From an uncultured delta proteobacterium (GTDB lineage Bacteria; Myxococcota_A; UBA9160; SMWR01), in NCBI GenBank assembly GCA_963832165.1, contig CAWHTE010000001.1, forward strand, positions 768,001-832,000: a DNA stretch of 64,000 nt, in the 5' to 3' direction. Under the pieces are notes generated by a model. It had not been told where the DNA came from. It saw nothing but the letters and a program-made list of their open reading frames with translations, and did not search any database. The first letter of the stretch is position 1. Every line of letters begins with the position of its first letter. The translations under genes and the position numbers were made by a program. Positions 1 through 9,326 of this stretch are shown in pieces.

Positions 1-636
1 GACGCCGCGGCCGTCCGTCGCCTCGTTCACGAGGTCGGCGAAGGAGTCCTTGCGGTAGTTGATCGCGACGTCCGCCCCGAGCTCGCGGCACAGCGCGAGC
101 TTCTCGTCGTTGCCCGCGGTCGCGAACACACGCGCGCCCGCCTGCCGCGCGAGCTGCACGGCGGCCGATCCGATCCCGCCTGCTGCCGCGTGGATCAGCA
201 CGCTCTCGCCGCGCGCGAGCCGGCCGCGGTCGAAGAGCGAGAACCAGGAGAGATGGAACGGGAAGAAGATCGCCGCGGCCTCCGCGTCCGGGATGTCCTG
301 GGGCATTTCGAACGCACACGCCGCGGGGCAGATCGCCTGCTCCGCATAGCCGCCGAATCCGCCGCCCGGGATCGCGCACACGCGCTTGCCCAGCCAGTCT
401 TCGGCGCCCGCGCCCGCGGCGTCCACGCGCCCGAGCACCTCCATGCCCGGGATATAGGGCAGTGGAGGCCGGATCGTTAGGTAGCGGCCGAGGATGCCGT
501 CGAGGTCGTTGTAGTTGAGGGTGATCGCCGACACCTGCACGCGGATTTCGCGCGCGCCCGGCTCCGGCGCCGGGACTTCTTCGAGGCGCAGCACGTCGCG
601 CGGAGCGCCGTACTCGTGTAGCCGCCAGACCTTCAT
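1..636 (-). CDS. NADPH:quinone oxidoreductase / MDR-family dehydrogenase (runs off window edge)
   Basis: Manual translation from ATG 636: MKVWRLHEYGAPRDVLRLEEVPAPEPG...PLPYIPGMEVLG...GESVLIHAAAGGIGSAAVQLA; AAGGAGG RBS upstream; absent from the ORF track because no stop lies in the window. Confidence 0.9.
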   Translation of the reverse strand, partial: MKVWRLHEYGAPRDVLRLEEVPAPEPGAREIRVQVSAITLNYNDLDGILGRYLTIRPPLPYIPGMEVLGRVDAAGAGAEDWLGKRVCAIPGGGFGGYAEQAICPAACAFEMPQDIPDAEAAAIFFPFHLSWFSLFDRGRLARGESVLIHAAAGGIGSAAVQLARQAGARVFATAGNDEKLALCRELGADVAINYRKDSFADLVNEATDGRGV

Positions 637-762
637 CGCTCGTCCTCCTTCCGCTCGCCAAGCTGCTTTATAACCGGTACGTTCCTGCACGGCGACACAG
701 GTCGGCGTCCCCCCCTTTGACTTCCCCTGCGATCGAAAACGATCGACGAGAAGGAGACTGGG

Positions 763-1455
763 ATGACGAAGTACGCAGCCGAGGCGCTCGGAACGTTCTG
801 GCTCGTGCTCGGAGGATGCGGCAGCGCCGTGCTGGCGGCCGCGTTCGGAAACGTCGGCATCGGTCTGCTCGGCGTTTCACTCGCGTTCGGACTCACCGTG
901 CTCACGATGGCGTACGCGATCGGACACATCTCGGGCTGCCACCTGAATCCCGCCGTGTCGGTGGGACTCTGGGCCGGCGGACGCTTCTCGGCCGCAGAGC
1001 TCCTGCCCTACATCGGGGCGCAGGTCGCGGGTGCGGTCGCCGCAGGCGCCGTGCTGTTCCTGATCGCGAGCGGCCGCGAGGGGTTCGACGTCGTGGCGAG
1101 CGGCTTTGCCGCGAACGGGTTCGGCGAGCACTCGCCCGGAGGTTATTCGCTCGCGGCGGCGTTCGTGTGCGAAGTCGTGATGACGATGATGTTCCTGGTC
1201 GTGATCCTGGGCGCGACCGATCCGCGCGCGCCGCAGGGGCTCGCGCCGATCGCGATCGGCCTCTGCCTCACGCTGATCCACCTGATCAGCATCCCCGTGA
1301 CGAACACGTCGGTGAATCCCGCGCGCAGCACGGGAGTGGCGCTGTTCGTGGGCGGCTGGGCGATCGGGCAGCTCTGGCTGTTCTGGATCGCGCCGATCGC
1401 GGGTGCCGTGCTCGGTGCCGTCACCTATCGCTTCGTCGGCAGCGCGGGGAAGTGA
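763..1455 (+). CDS. aqpZ: Aquaporin Z
   Basis: Two NPA motifs ([21 protein letters not shown]), six hydrophobic segments, AAGGAG RBS. Confidence 0.95.
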   Translation: MTKYAAEALGTFWLVLGGCGSAVLAAAFGNVGIGLLGVSLAFGLTVLTMAYAIGHISGCHLNPAVSVGLWAGGRFSAAELLPYIGAQVAGAVAAGAVLFLIASGREGFDVVASGFAANGFGEHSPGGYSLAAAFVCEVVMTMMFLVVILGATDPRAPQGLAPIAIGLCLTLIHLISIPVTNTSVNPARSTGVALFVGGWAIGQLWLFWIAPIAGAVLGAVTYRFVGSAGK

Positions 1456-1694
1456 CCGACGCGCAGAGGGAGCGCGCCGAACAGACCTGGGAGCTCGTGG
1501 TGCACGACGCGCCATCGCGCGACGTGATCGCGGCGCTGCGCCGCGTGCTGCGCGTGAAGAAGAGCGAGATCCACCGCGTGTCGAGCGCACTGCCGGGCGT
1601 GGTCCGGCGCGGTGCGCGCGTCGATCTCGCCGGGTACGAGGCGCAGCTGCGCGAGGCCGGCGTGCACTGCGAGCTGCGCCGACGCGAGGTCTGA
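1452..1694 (+). CDS. Small hypothetical protein (80 aa)
   Basis: GTG overlaps aqpZ stop (GTGA); [35 protein letters not shown]...[15 protein letters not shown]; host-like codon usage. Confidence 0.65.
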   Translation: MTDAQRERAEQTWELVVHDAPSRDVIAALRRVLRVKKSEIHRVSSALPGVVRRGARVDLAGYEAQLREAGVHCELRRREV

Positions 1695-1709
1695 TAGGAT
1701 CCGAGCGCG

Positions 1710-2129
1710 ATGGCCGAGTCGGTTCTCAGCGGGCGCTGCATGTGCGGCGACGTGCGCTTCGAGGTGCACGGAAAGCCCGGGCCCGTGGCCTACTGCCACT
1801 GCAAGCGGTGCCAGCGCGCCAACGGCAGCGCGTTCGCCGCGAACGCGCCCGTGCGCGCGCGCTACCTGAAGTGGCTCTCGGGGCGCGATGGGATTCGCGA
1901 GTACGAGTCCTCGCCGGGAAAGTTCCGAGCGTTCTGCTCGCGCTGCGGATCGCCGATCTACAGCCGAATGGCGAGCGACCCGGAGACGTTCCGGATCCGG
2001 CTCGGCGTGGTCGACGGAGATCCGGGGCGCCGCGCGTTCGCGCACTTCTGGGTGTCCGAGAAGGCGCCCTGGCACGAGATCACCGACGATCTTCCGCAGT
2101 ATCCCGAGGGCACGATTCCCGACACCTGA
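1710..2129 (+). CDS. GFA family (glutathione-dependent formaldehyde-activating/CENP-V) Zn protein
   Basis: GRCMCGDVRF, YCHCKRCQR and FCSRCGSP motifs. Confidence 0.92.
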   Translation: MAESVLSGRCMCGDVRFEVHGKPGPVAYCHCKRCQRANGSAFAANAPVRARYLKWLSGRDGIREYESSPGKFRAFCSRCGSPIYSRMASDPETFRIRLGVVDGDPGRRAFAHFWVSEKAPWHEITDDLPQYPEGTIPDT

Positions 2130-2144
2130 CGTGTGCGCGGCTGG

Positions 2145-3935
2145 TCACAGCAGCGCGAGCTGCTCGCCGCCCGGACGCCGGAACGCCGCCGTCGAGAGCT
2201 CGACCGGGTTCTCGTTCACGCCCGCGCGCCGGCACGCGAGCTCGAACAGATCCGCGATCTGATCGGCGAACACGCCCTCGCCGCGCTGGCGAGTGAAGAA
2301 ACGCGAGTCGTAGCGGCGGCCGCCGCGCATCGACCGGATCCGGCTCATCACCTTCGCCGCGCGGTCGGGGAAGTGGCGCGCGAGCCAGGCCTCGAACAGG
2401 TCCGCGACGCCGTGCGGCAGGCGCAGCACGATCGGCCGCACCGTGCGCGCGCCCGCGCGCGCGGCTGCGGCGACGAGCGCGGGGATCTCGCTGTCGGTGA
2501 GGCCGGGCACGATCGGCGCCACCATCACGCCGACCGGAATGCCCGCGTTCGCGAGCGCCTCGACCGCGCGCAGGCGCTCGTGCGGCGGCGACGCGCGCGG
2601 CTCCATCGCGCGGCGCACCGCGTCGTCGAGGCTCGTGATCGAGACGTTCACGGCCGCCGCGCCGTGCTCGGCGAGCTCGCGCAACAGATCGATGTCGCGC
2701 GTCACGAGCCCGCTCTTGGTGATGATCGCGACCGGGTTGCGGTACTTCGCGAGCACCGTGAGGCAGCCACGCGTGATCCGCAGCCGGCGCTCGACGGGCT
2801 GGTACGGATCCGTCACGCCCGCGATCGCAATCACCTCGGGCTCCCAATTCGGCGAGCGCAGCGCCTTCTCGAGCAGCGCGGGCGCATCTTCCTTCACGAG
2901 GATGTGGGTCTCGAAGTCGAGCCCGGCGGAGAGGCCGAGATACTCGTGCGTGGGGCGCGCATAACAGTTGTGCGTGGCGAGTCCCGCCGCGTAGAACGTC
3001 CGCGTCGAGGTCTGGATGTCCACCACGTCGCGCACGGGGCCGGGCTCGATCGCCTCGATCGGCTCGGGGTCGAGCGTGGGCATGATTCCAAAGATCGCGT
3101 TGCGTTGCGGGCGATGGTCAAGTTGCGACATCGACGCCAAAAGTCCGTAGATAGCCTCGAAGACGTTCGAGCGGCTCCATGTCGACGAGCGCTACCCGCC
3201 AATAGGCAACGGGGAACCCCCTTCCGCTTCGCCAACCCGGTTGGTAGCGAAACGTCCCGTCCCCAAGCGTCATTCCAGCGACGTACCCGATGCGGTAATC
3301 GTCGTCGACGTACTCATGCCCGACGACTGGCATGTAACGCAGAGTCTCCGGGAGCGAGCTGATCCGTACGCGACCAACGAAAATCTCGATCCTGAAGCCA
3401 GCGGTGCTCGCCTGTTGTCACCACCTCTGTGTTGCGCGTGGTGAGCCGTCTCGTGGCTTTCCGTGACCACCAGATGCCTTCGACACGCGCGCGACGAAGC
3501 TTCCTGCGCGATGACCGTGGGGCGCGGGAACTCGTCGAAGGCAATCGAGTTCGTCTCCGATTCGAAGTTCTCCGATCGGTCGCCAGACCATGTCCGCGCC
3601 GAGCACTGGCGTGTCAGGTGATGTACAGTAGAACAGCCGTGCTCGCATCCGCGATACGGATTGATGCTCACGTCGAAGCCGATGTCGGGGCTCTCGTTGC
3701 GCGCGAGCAGCGTGCGTGACGGGTCGCGGTAGTAGCGCGTGCGCAGCGGGTTGGTGCGCGCGCCGTCGACGTCGTCGGGTGCATCGTCGACGAAGTCGGG
3801 GTCTTCGGCGTACGCGAGCCGCTCGAAGCGGTTCGCGGGGCTCTCGGCGCTGCCGCGCGCGACCAGGCGGCCCCGATCGGTCGGGGCCGAAACGCGCGCG
3901 AGGGGTCGTTTGGGTGCTTCGCCGGGGTCGCTCAC
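2145..3935 (-). CDS. PA0069/Rv2578c-family radical SAM protein interrupted by an intein; frameshifted as assembled
   Basis: N-extein ...[21 protein letters not shown]-extein [19 protein letters not shown]...VTDPYQPVE...[15 protein letters not shown]...MEPRASPP; together they rebuild CxxxCxxC. Confidence 0.9.
2967..3627 (-). mobile_element. Intein with partial LAGLIDADG homing endonuclease
   Basis: Block [28 protein letters not shown]; block [12 protein letters not shown] (TxxH); LAGLIDADG-like [16 protein letters not shown]; blocks [22 protein letters not shown] then +1 Cys; pieces lie in different frames. Confidence 0.9.
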
Positions 3936-3979
3936 AAGGGCGAAAGTAGGGCGAAAACAGGGCCCGGGTCAAGCCCCTG

Positions 3980-4729
3980 CTACCACTGCCCGCCGTCGAT
4001 CCGGAACACCTCGCCCGTGATCCACGCCGCGTCGTCGGAGGCGAGGTAGACGGCGAGCTGGCCGACCTCGTCGGGGCTGCCCATGCGCCGCATCGGGATC
4101 GACTTCACGATCGCCTCACCGTGCGCGGAGACGAGCCCGTCGCCCATGTCGGTGGCGATCAGTCCTGGTGCGATCACGTTGCAGCGGATGTTATGTCGCG
4201 CATTCTCGCGCGCGGCCATGATCGTGAGCGCGTTCACGGCGGCTTTGGAGGCGACGTAGGGACCGCCGTTCGCGCCGCATGCGTCGGCCGCGATCGACGA
4301 CACGGTGAGGATCACACCGCCGTGGCCCTCGCGCAGCACGGGGATCGCCGCGCGCAGCGTGAAGAAGACGCCGTTCAGGTCGATGTCGAGCACGCGCTGC
4401 CAGTAGCTGACCTCGACCTGTTCGAGCGGCTCGAAGCGCGTCGGTACGCCCGCATTCGCGACGACGGTGTCGAGGCCGCCGAGCGCGTCGCGTGCCCCGT
4501 GCACCATGGCGGCTACCGCGTTGGCGTCGCGCACGTCGGCCGCGAACGCGAACGCGCGACGGCCCTTCGCCTCGATCGCTTTCACGGTCGCCTCGGCCGC
4601 CGCGACCTCGCGCCGGTACCCGATCGCCACGTCGGCGCCCGCGTCCGCGAATGCGAGCGCGATGCCGCGCCCGATTCCGCGCGAGGCGCCCGTGACGAGC
4701 GCGCGCCGCCCTTCGAGCTTGCCGCTCAC
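3980..4729 (-). CDS. SDR oxidoreductase (FabG-like)
   Basis: GTG 4729 overlaps upstream stop; TGASRGIG, ANAG, YVASK, CNVIAPG, ITGEVFRIDGG. Confidence 0.9.
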   Translation of the reverse strand: MSGKLEGRRALVTGASRGIGRGIALAFADAGADVAIGYRREVAAAEATVKAIEAKGRRAFAFAADVRDANAVAAMVHGARDALGGLDTVVANAGVPTRFEPLEQVEVSYWQRVLDIDLNGVFFTLRAAIPVLREGHGGVILTVSSIAADACGANGGPYVASKAAVNALTIMAARENARHNIRCNVIAPGLIATDMGDGLVSAHGEAIVKSIPMRRMGSPDEVGQLAVYLASDDAAWITGEVFRIDGGQW

Positions 4730-5460
4730 TTCGCCTCCACCTGAACCAGCGGCAGCGCCAGCGCGGGGTGCGGACCCTCGGGCAGCGCGAGCCGGTGTGC
4801 CGCCGCGAGCTCGAGCGCGATCGGACCCTCGTCGGCGTCGGGCTGCACGCGCACCGCGATGCGAAGCGGCGAGTCGGGCCAGCGGAACACCAGGCGATCG
4901 CGCTCGCGCGCGAGCGCGCCGCCGAGCAGAGCCTGCCACTGGCGCAGCGCGCGCTCTTCGCTGCGCGAGGACAAGAACAGGCCCACCACCTGCACGGGCT
5001 CCGGCGCAGCGCGCGTCGCCGGATACGGTGGACGCGATTCGTCGCTGTCGTCCTCGAGCTCGGGGTGCGACTCCGCGAGCTGCACGACGATCCCCTGCGC
5101 CTGCTTCGGGTGCAGGAACGCTTCCTTCCAGCTCGGTGAGCGATCGTCGATGCCGACCGGCTCGTAGCCGAGTGCGCGCGCGCGGCCGATCGCGGCATGG
5201 AGATCCGGCACTTTGAACGTCACGTGGTGGGGGCCCGCGCCGCGCGCGGCGATGAACCGGTGCAGGAAGCCGCCCTGCGGCCCGTGCGGAACGATGATCT
5301 CGATCGCGCCGCCGCCCGCGAACTCCCACTGCCACAGCACGAAGGCGTGCGCGGTACCCGATCCGCGCTCTCGGCCGCCGAGATGCCCCGCGAGCAGCTC
5401 CGCGACGGGAGCGATGTCGGGCACGCCGAACGCGATGTGATCCAGCTTCGCTTCCACCAC
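4726..5460 (-). CDS. VOC family (glyoxalase/methylmalonyl-CoA epimerase-like) protein
   Basis: LDHIAFGV, GAGPHHVTFKV, AFLHPKQAQGIVVQLAE. Confidence 0.85.
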   Translation of the reverse strand: MVEAKLDHIAFGVPDIAPVAELLAGHLGGRERGSGTAHAFVLWQWEFAGGGAIEIIVPHGPQGGFLHRFIAARGAGPHHVTFKVPDLHAAIGRARALGYEPVGIDDRSPSWKEAFLHPKQAQGIVVQLAESHPELEDDSDESRPPYPATRAAPEPVQVVGLFLSSRSEERALRQWQALLGGALARERDRLVFRWPDSPLRIAVRVQPDADEGPIALELAAAHRLALPEGPHPALALPLVQVEAK

Positions 5461-5492
5461 GGCGCCTTACGGTAGCAAGCCCACCCGTCCGA

Positions 5493-5542
5493 ACTTCGCT
5501 CGGCTTCGCCCTTCTTCGCTGCGCGCCCTTCGGGCGCTTGCG
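5493..5542. repeat. CTTCG-rich intergenic element with hairpin (REP-like or terminator)
   Basis: Four CTTCG units and the GCGCCC-TTC-GGGCGC inverted repeat directly after the plsB stop. Confidence 0.4.
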
Positions 5543-5543
5543 T

Positions 5544-7952
5544 TCAGTCGATCAGCCCTGCGCGGCGGCTCGCCGCGAGCGCTTCGACGGCGTCGATGCG
5601 CCGCAGCGTCGACCGGATCTGGTCCGCGAACAGGCGACGCCACTGCTCGATCTCGGGCTCGGTGGACCGCACGAGTCCGCGGTTGTCGGCGAGCTTGAGG
5701 GCCGACTCGAAGAGCACCTTCGAAACGGATTCCCCGCTGTGGATGCGGCGCTGGAGGTAGTACTGCCGCCCTAGCCCGAGGCAGGAGTCGATGAAGCCGC
5801 GGTCGTCGACCACCGTGCCCGCCGGAGTCTGCGCGAGGCGATCGGCCACGACCCGATACGCCTCGAGGAACGGCCGCAGCACGCGGTGCGCAGTGAACGG
5901 GCGCGAGCGCTTGACCAGCTCGTGCGCGCCGTCGGCGCTGCGCGCGAGCACCTCCTCCCAGTTCGGATCGAGCTCCGCGAGCTCGCGCCGCAGCTCGCCG
6001 CGGAACGTGTCGCGGTCTTCGAAGAAGAACTCGAACTTGAGCAGGTCGCGCAGCTGCATCGCCGCGCGCCAGAAGGCCGCGACGCGGTCGTCGTGCTCGC
6101 CGGCCTCGGCCGCCTCGATGAGCGCGAGCTCGACGATCGCGTCATCGACGAAGAAGTGGATCACCGAGTTGCGGTAGTAGGCGGCCGCGAGCTCGCGCTG
6201 CGGGCCGATCCGATACACCACCTCGCTGCCCTCGGCGAACCGGTCGACCACCTCGTTGGCCGCGAGCGCATCGAGCACGCGCGCGACTCCCTCCTCGGTC
6301 TCGAGCTCGGCGAGGCCCGTGTTCGGCAGGTCGCGCCGAGCGACGTCGTGGAGCAGGTTCTTGAGGCGCACCATCACGCCGGGCACCGTCTGCGCGACCC
6401 CGCCCGTGCCGAGCAGCGCGAGCGTCACGAGCGAGACCGGTGTGATCGGCGTGACGGCGTTGATGCGCACGCACACTTCGAAGGCGAGCTTCTGCAGCGA
6501 GAGGTCGCGCTCGTCGGGATCGGGCTTCGCGCCGGGGTCGGGCGGACCGAGCGCCTTCGCGAGCGAGACCGGCTCGCCGAAGTCGATCTGGATCGCGCCG
6601 TACGGGCGGCGCAGGCGGCGCAGGAAGCCCAGGAACCAGCCGAAGCCCTCGCGCTGCTTCTTTCCGCCGAGATGCTCGTGCGCGTAGTCCTGGACTTCGG
6701 AGATCTGGTCGTAGGCGATCGAGACCGGGATCAGCGCGACGTCGTCGGCTTTGCCGCGCCGATACGAATCCACCACGTAGGCGAGCAGGCCGAAGCGCGG
6801 CGGCAAGAGCTTTCCCGACCGCGAGCGGCCACCCTCGATGTACCACTCGAGCGCGAAGCGCTTCTCGATCAGGTAGTCGATGTACTGGCGCAGGACGAAC
6901 TTGTAGACCTCGTTGTCCTTGAACGAGCGCCGGATGAAGAACACGCCGCTGCGCCGCCCGAGCGGTCCGAGCGGGAAGAAGTTCATGTTGATGCCGCCGG
7001 CCGTGTGATTCGGCGGGTGGCCGTTCTCGTGCAGCATGTACTGCAGCACGAGGTGATCGAGGTTCGACTTGTGCGTGGGCAGGAACACCACGGACTGGCG
7101 CTGCGCGAGCGCGCCGATGCGGTCGAGCTTGGCGGGGTCGTAGCGCAGGACCGGCGCGTAGCCCTGCGTGTACCAGCGCCGGATCAGCCGCGCCATCAGA
7201 TCGATCGCGAACGTGCTGTGGGTGGCGGCGATCTCGCGCAGATAGCGCGCCGCCTCGCGCGTGACGCGCGCCTCGCTCTTGCCGGTCTCGCGCGCGAGCT
7301 GCGCGACACCGCCGCGGAACGCGGGCCGCGCGAGGATGTCCTCGTGCACGAGGCGCGGCACCTTGTAGCGCGCGCCGCGCAGGCGGCGTTCGGCGCGCTC
7401 GAGCGCGAGCGCGGCCTGGCGCGCCACGAACTCGGCGAAGCCCGTGGTCTCGCCGAGCGCGCCGCCCATCGCGTGCCGCCAGCGCTGGCGCAGCTCGCTC
7501 GCGGGCGCGGGCTCGCCCGCGACGATGCGGCAGCGGTCGAGCTCGCGCCGCGCGATGAAGCGCTGGCGCACCGCGTTGGGATCGCGCGGGTCGCCGAGCC
7601 GCAAGAGATCGGACAGGCGCGCGCTGCGCTCGCCGTCCACCTTGCGCGGAAGCCACGCGACGCGCAGCGGCGCCAGCAGCGGGTCTCCGGGCGCCGCGAG
7701 CAGGGCGTCGAGCTTGGCCAGCGAGACGCGGCGCGTGCGGCGGCGCGACGGCGGGATGTCGAGCGCGTCCCAATTCTGGGTGCTCGTCGTCTCGGGGGAG
7801 TTCGTCTCGGGGGAGTTGCGCGCGATCCACGCCAGCAGGAGCCGGCGCTCGAACGCGCTCGACGCGTCGAGCAGGAAGACCACCCGCTCGCGCGCGCTGC
7901 CGGGCAGCGGCCACGGCGGCTCGTCGCGATGCGGGGTCTGGGCGGGCGCCAC
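5544..7952 (-). CDS. plsB: Glycerol-3-phosphate 1-O-acyltransferase
   Basis: HX4D motif FLPTHKSNLD, GVFFIRRSF, YIEGGRSRSGKLL, IPVSIAYD. Confidence 0.92.
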   Translation of the reverse strand: MAPAQTPHRDEPPWPLPGSARERVVFLLDASSAFERRLLLAWIARNSPETNSPETTSTQNWDALDIPPSRRRTRRVSLAKLDALLAAPGDPLLAPLRVAWLPRKVDGERSARLSDLLRLGDPRDPNAVRQRFIARRELDRCRIVAGEPAPASELRQRWRHAMGGALGETTGFAEFVARQAALALERAERRLRGARYKVPRLVHEDILARPAFRGGVAQLARETGKSEARVTREAARYLREIAATHSTFAIDLMARLIRRWYTQGYAPVLRYDPAKLDRIGALAQRQSVVFLPTHKSNLDHLVLQYMLHENGHPPNHTAGGINMNFFPLGPLGRRSGVFFIRRSFKDNEVYKFVLRQYIDYLIEKRFALEWYIEGGRSRSGKLLPPRFGLLAYVVDSYRRGKADDVALIPVSIAYDQISEVQDYAHEHLGGKKQREGFGWFLGFLRRLRRPYGAIQIDFGEPVSLAKALGPPDPGAKPDPDERDLSLQKLAFEVCVRINAVTPITPVSLVTLALLGTGGVAQTVPGVMVRLKNLLHDVARRDLPNTGLAELETEEGVARVLDALAANEVVDRFAEGSEVVYRIGPQRELAAAYYRNSVIHFFVDDAIVELALIEAAEAGEHDDRVAAFWRAAMQLRDLLKFEFFFEDRDTFRGELRRELAELDPNWEEVLARSADGAHELVKRSRPFTAHRVLRPFLEAYRVVADRLAQTPAGTVVDDRGFIDSCLGLGRQYYLQRRIHSGESVSKVLFESALKLADNRGLVRSTEPEIEQWRRLFADQIRSTLRRIDAVEALAASRRAGLID
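7787..7816. repeat. Perfect 15-bp tandem duplication inside plsB
   Basis: TCGTCTCGGGGGAGT x2, encoding NSPET-NSPET. Confidence 0.9.
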
Positions 7953-7962
7953 CGGGTAATTA

Positions 7963-9258
7963 TCACCGTGCTCGCGTCAGCGTGTCTACCGCGAGCTGGG
8001 AGAGCGCCCGCACTCCGATCACGAGGGCGTTCTCGTCCACGAAGAAGCGCGGGGTGTGCGTGGGCGCGACATCGGCCGGGGCGACGCCGGGTGGATTGGT
8101 GCCGAGGAAGAAGAACACGCCGGGCACGCGCTCCTGGTAGAGGGCGAAGTCCTCGGCCGCGGTCCAGGGCAGCGGCTCGACCAGCTTTCCGGCCGCGGCG
8201 CGTTCGAGCGTCGGGCGCACGCGTCGGGTCAGGTCGGGATCGTTCCAGACGCTCGGGTTGCCCTCGTCGATCGTCACCTCGGCGGTCGCCCCGGCGCTCT
8301 GCGCGATCGCGGTGGCGGTGCGGCGCACGCGCTCGTGGAGCTCTGCGCGCACGCCCGGAGAGAGCGCGCGGATCGTGCCGAGCAGCTCGACCCGTTCGGG
8401 GATGATGTTGCCGCGGACTCCACCCGAGATCGCCCCGAACGAGACGACCGACGGAACGCGCGCGTCGACCTGACGCGCGGGCAGCGCCTCGAGCGCGAGC
8501 ACGATCTGGGACGCGACCGCAATCGGATCGATGCCGTCCCAGGGATAGGCCGCGTGCGTCGATCGCCCCAACACCGCGATCGCGAGTCGATCCGAGCTGG
8601 CCGTCGCCGCGCCGGACACGACTCCGATCTCGCCGAAGTTCCGCTGCGGATCCACGTGCAGCCCGAACACGAAGTCGGGTTTCGGGTCGTCGAACGCGCC
8701 CTCTTCGAGCATCAGGCTCGCGCCGCCGCGCTCGCCCGGCGGCGCCCCTTCTTCGGCGGGCTGGAACACGAACAGCACCTGTCCGGGCAGCCGTTCGCGC
8801 ATGCCGGCCAGCACCTCGGCGACGCCCAGCAGGATCGCGGTGTGGGCATCGTGGCCGCACGCATGCATCACGCCCACCTCGCGGCCCTGATAGGTCGTGC
8901 GCACGCGCGACGCGAAGGGCAGCCCGGTCTCCTCGGTGACGGGCAGCGCGTCCATGTCGGCGCGCAGCGCCACGACGGGTCGCTTCGCGGTACCGCGCAG
9001 CACCGCCACCACGCCCGTGTGCGCCACCTTCGTGCGCACCTCGAGACCGAGCTTGCGGAGCTGCTTCGCCACGAGTGCGGCCGTGCGCACCTCGCGATTG
9101 CCGAGCTCGGGGTGCGCGTGCACCTCGCGCCGCCACTCGATCACGCGCGGCTCGACGGCGCGCGCCGCGCGATCGACCGCGTCGCCGAGCTCTTCACCCG
9201 CGACGGCGGAGGCGGTCAGCGCCGCGATCGCAAACGCACTGAACCGGGTCGGCGCCAT
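7963..9258 (-). CDS. M20D amidohydrolase with signal peptide
   Basis: HPELGNRE, ALRADMDALP, MHACGHDAH, FQPAEEG, AEDFA; ATG 9258 has a GAGGTG RBS. Confidence 0.92.
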   Translation of the reverse strand: MAPTRFSAFAIAALTASAVAGEELGDAVDRAARAVEPRVIEWRREVHAHPELGNREVRTAALVAKQLRKLGLEVRTKVAHTGVVAVLRGTAKRPVVALRADMDALPVTEETGLPFASRVRTTYQGREVGVMHACGHDAHTAILLGVAEVLAGMRERLPGQVLFVFQPAEEGAPPGERGGASLMLEEGAFDDPKPDFVFGLHVDPQRNFGEIGVVSGAATASSDRLAIAVLGRSTHAAYPWDGIDPIAVASQIVLALEALPARQVDARVPSVVSFGAISGGVRGNIIPERVELLGTIRALSPGVRAELHERVRRTATAIAQSAGATAEVTIDEGNPSVWNDPDLTRRVRPTLERAAAGKLVEPLPWTAAEDFALYQERVPGVFFFLGTNPPGVAPADVAPTHTPRFFVDENALVIGVRALSQLAVDTLTRAR

Positions 9259-9326
9259 GCACACCTCGGCCGCGCAGGGTATCGTCGCCACCGCGGCGTC
9301 GCCGCCGACGGCGAAGGAGAACGGGC

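Noticed and set aside
3118..3333. Stand-alone 71-aa gene
   Set aside because: It is the LAGLIDADG fragment inside the intein
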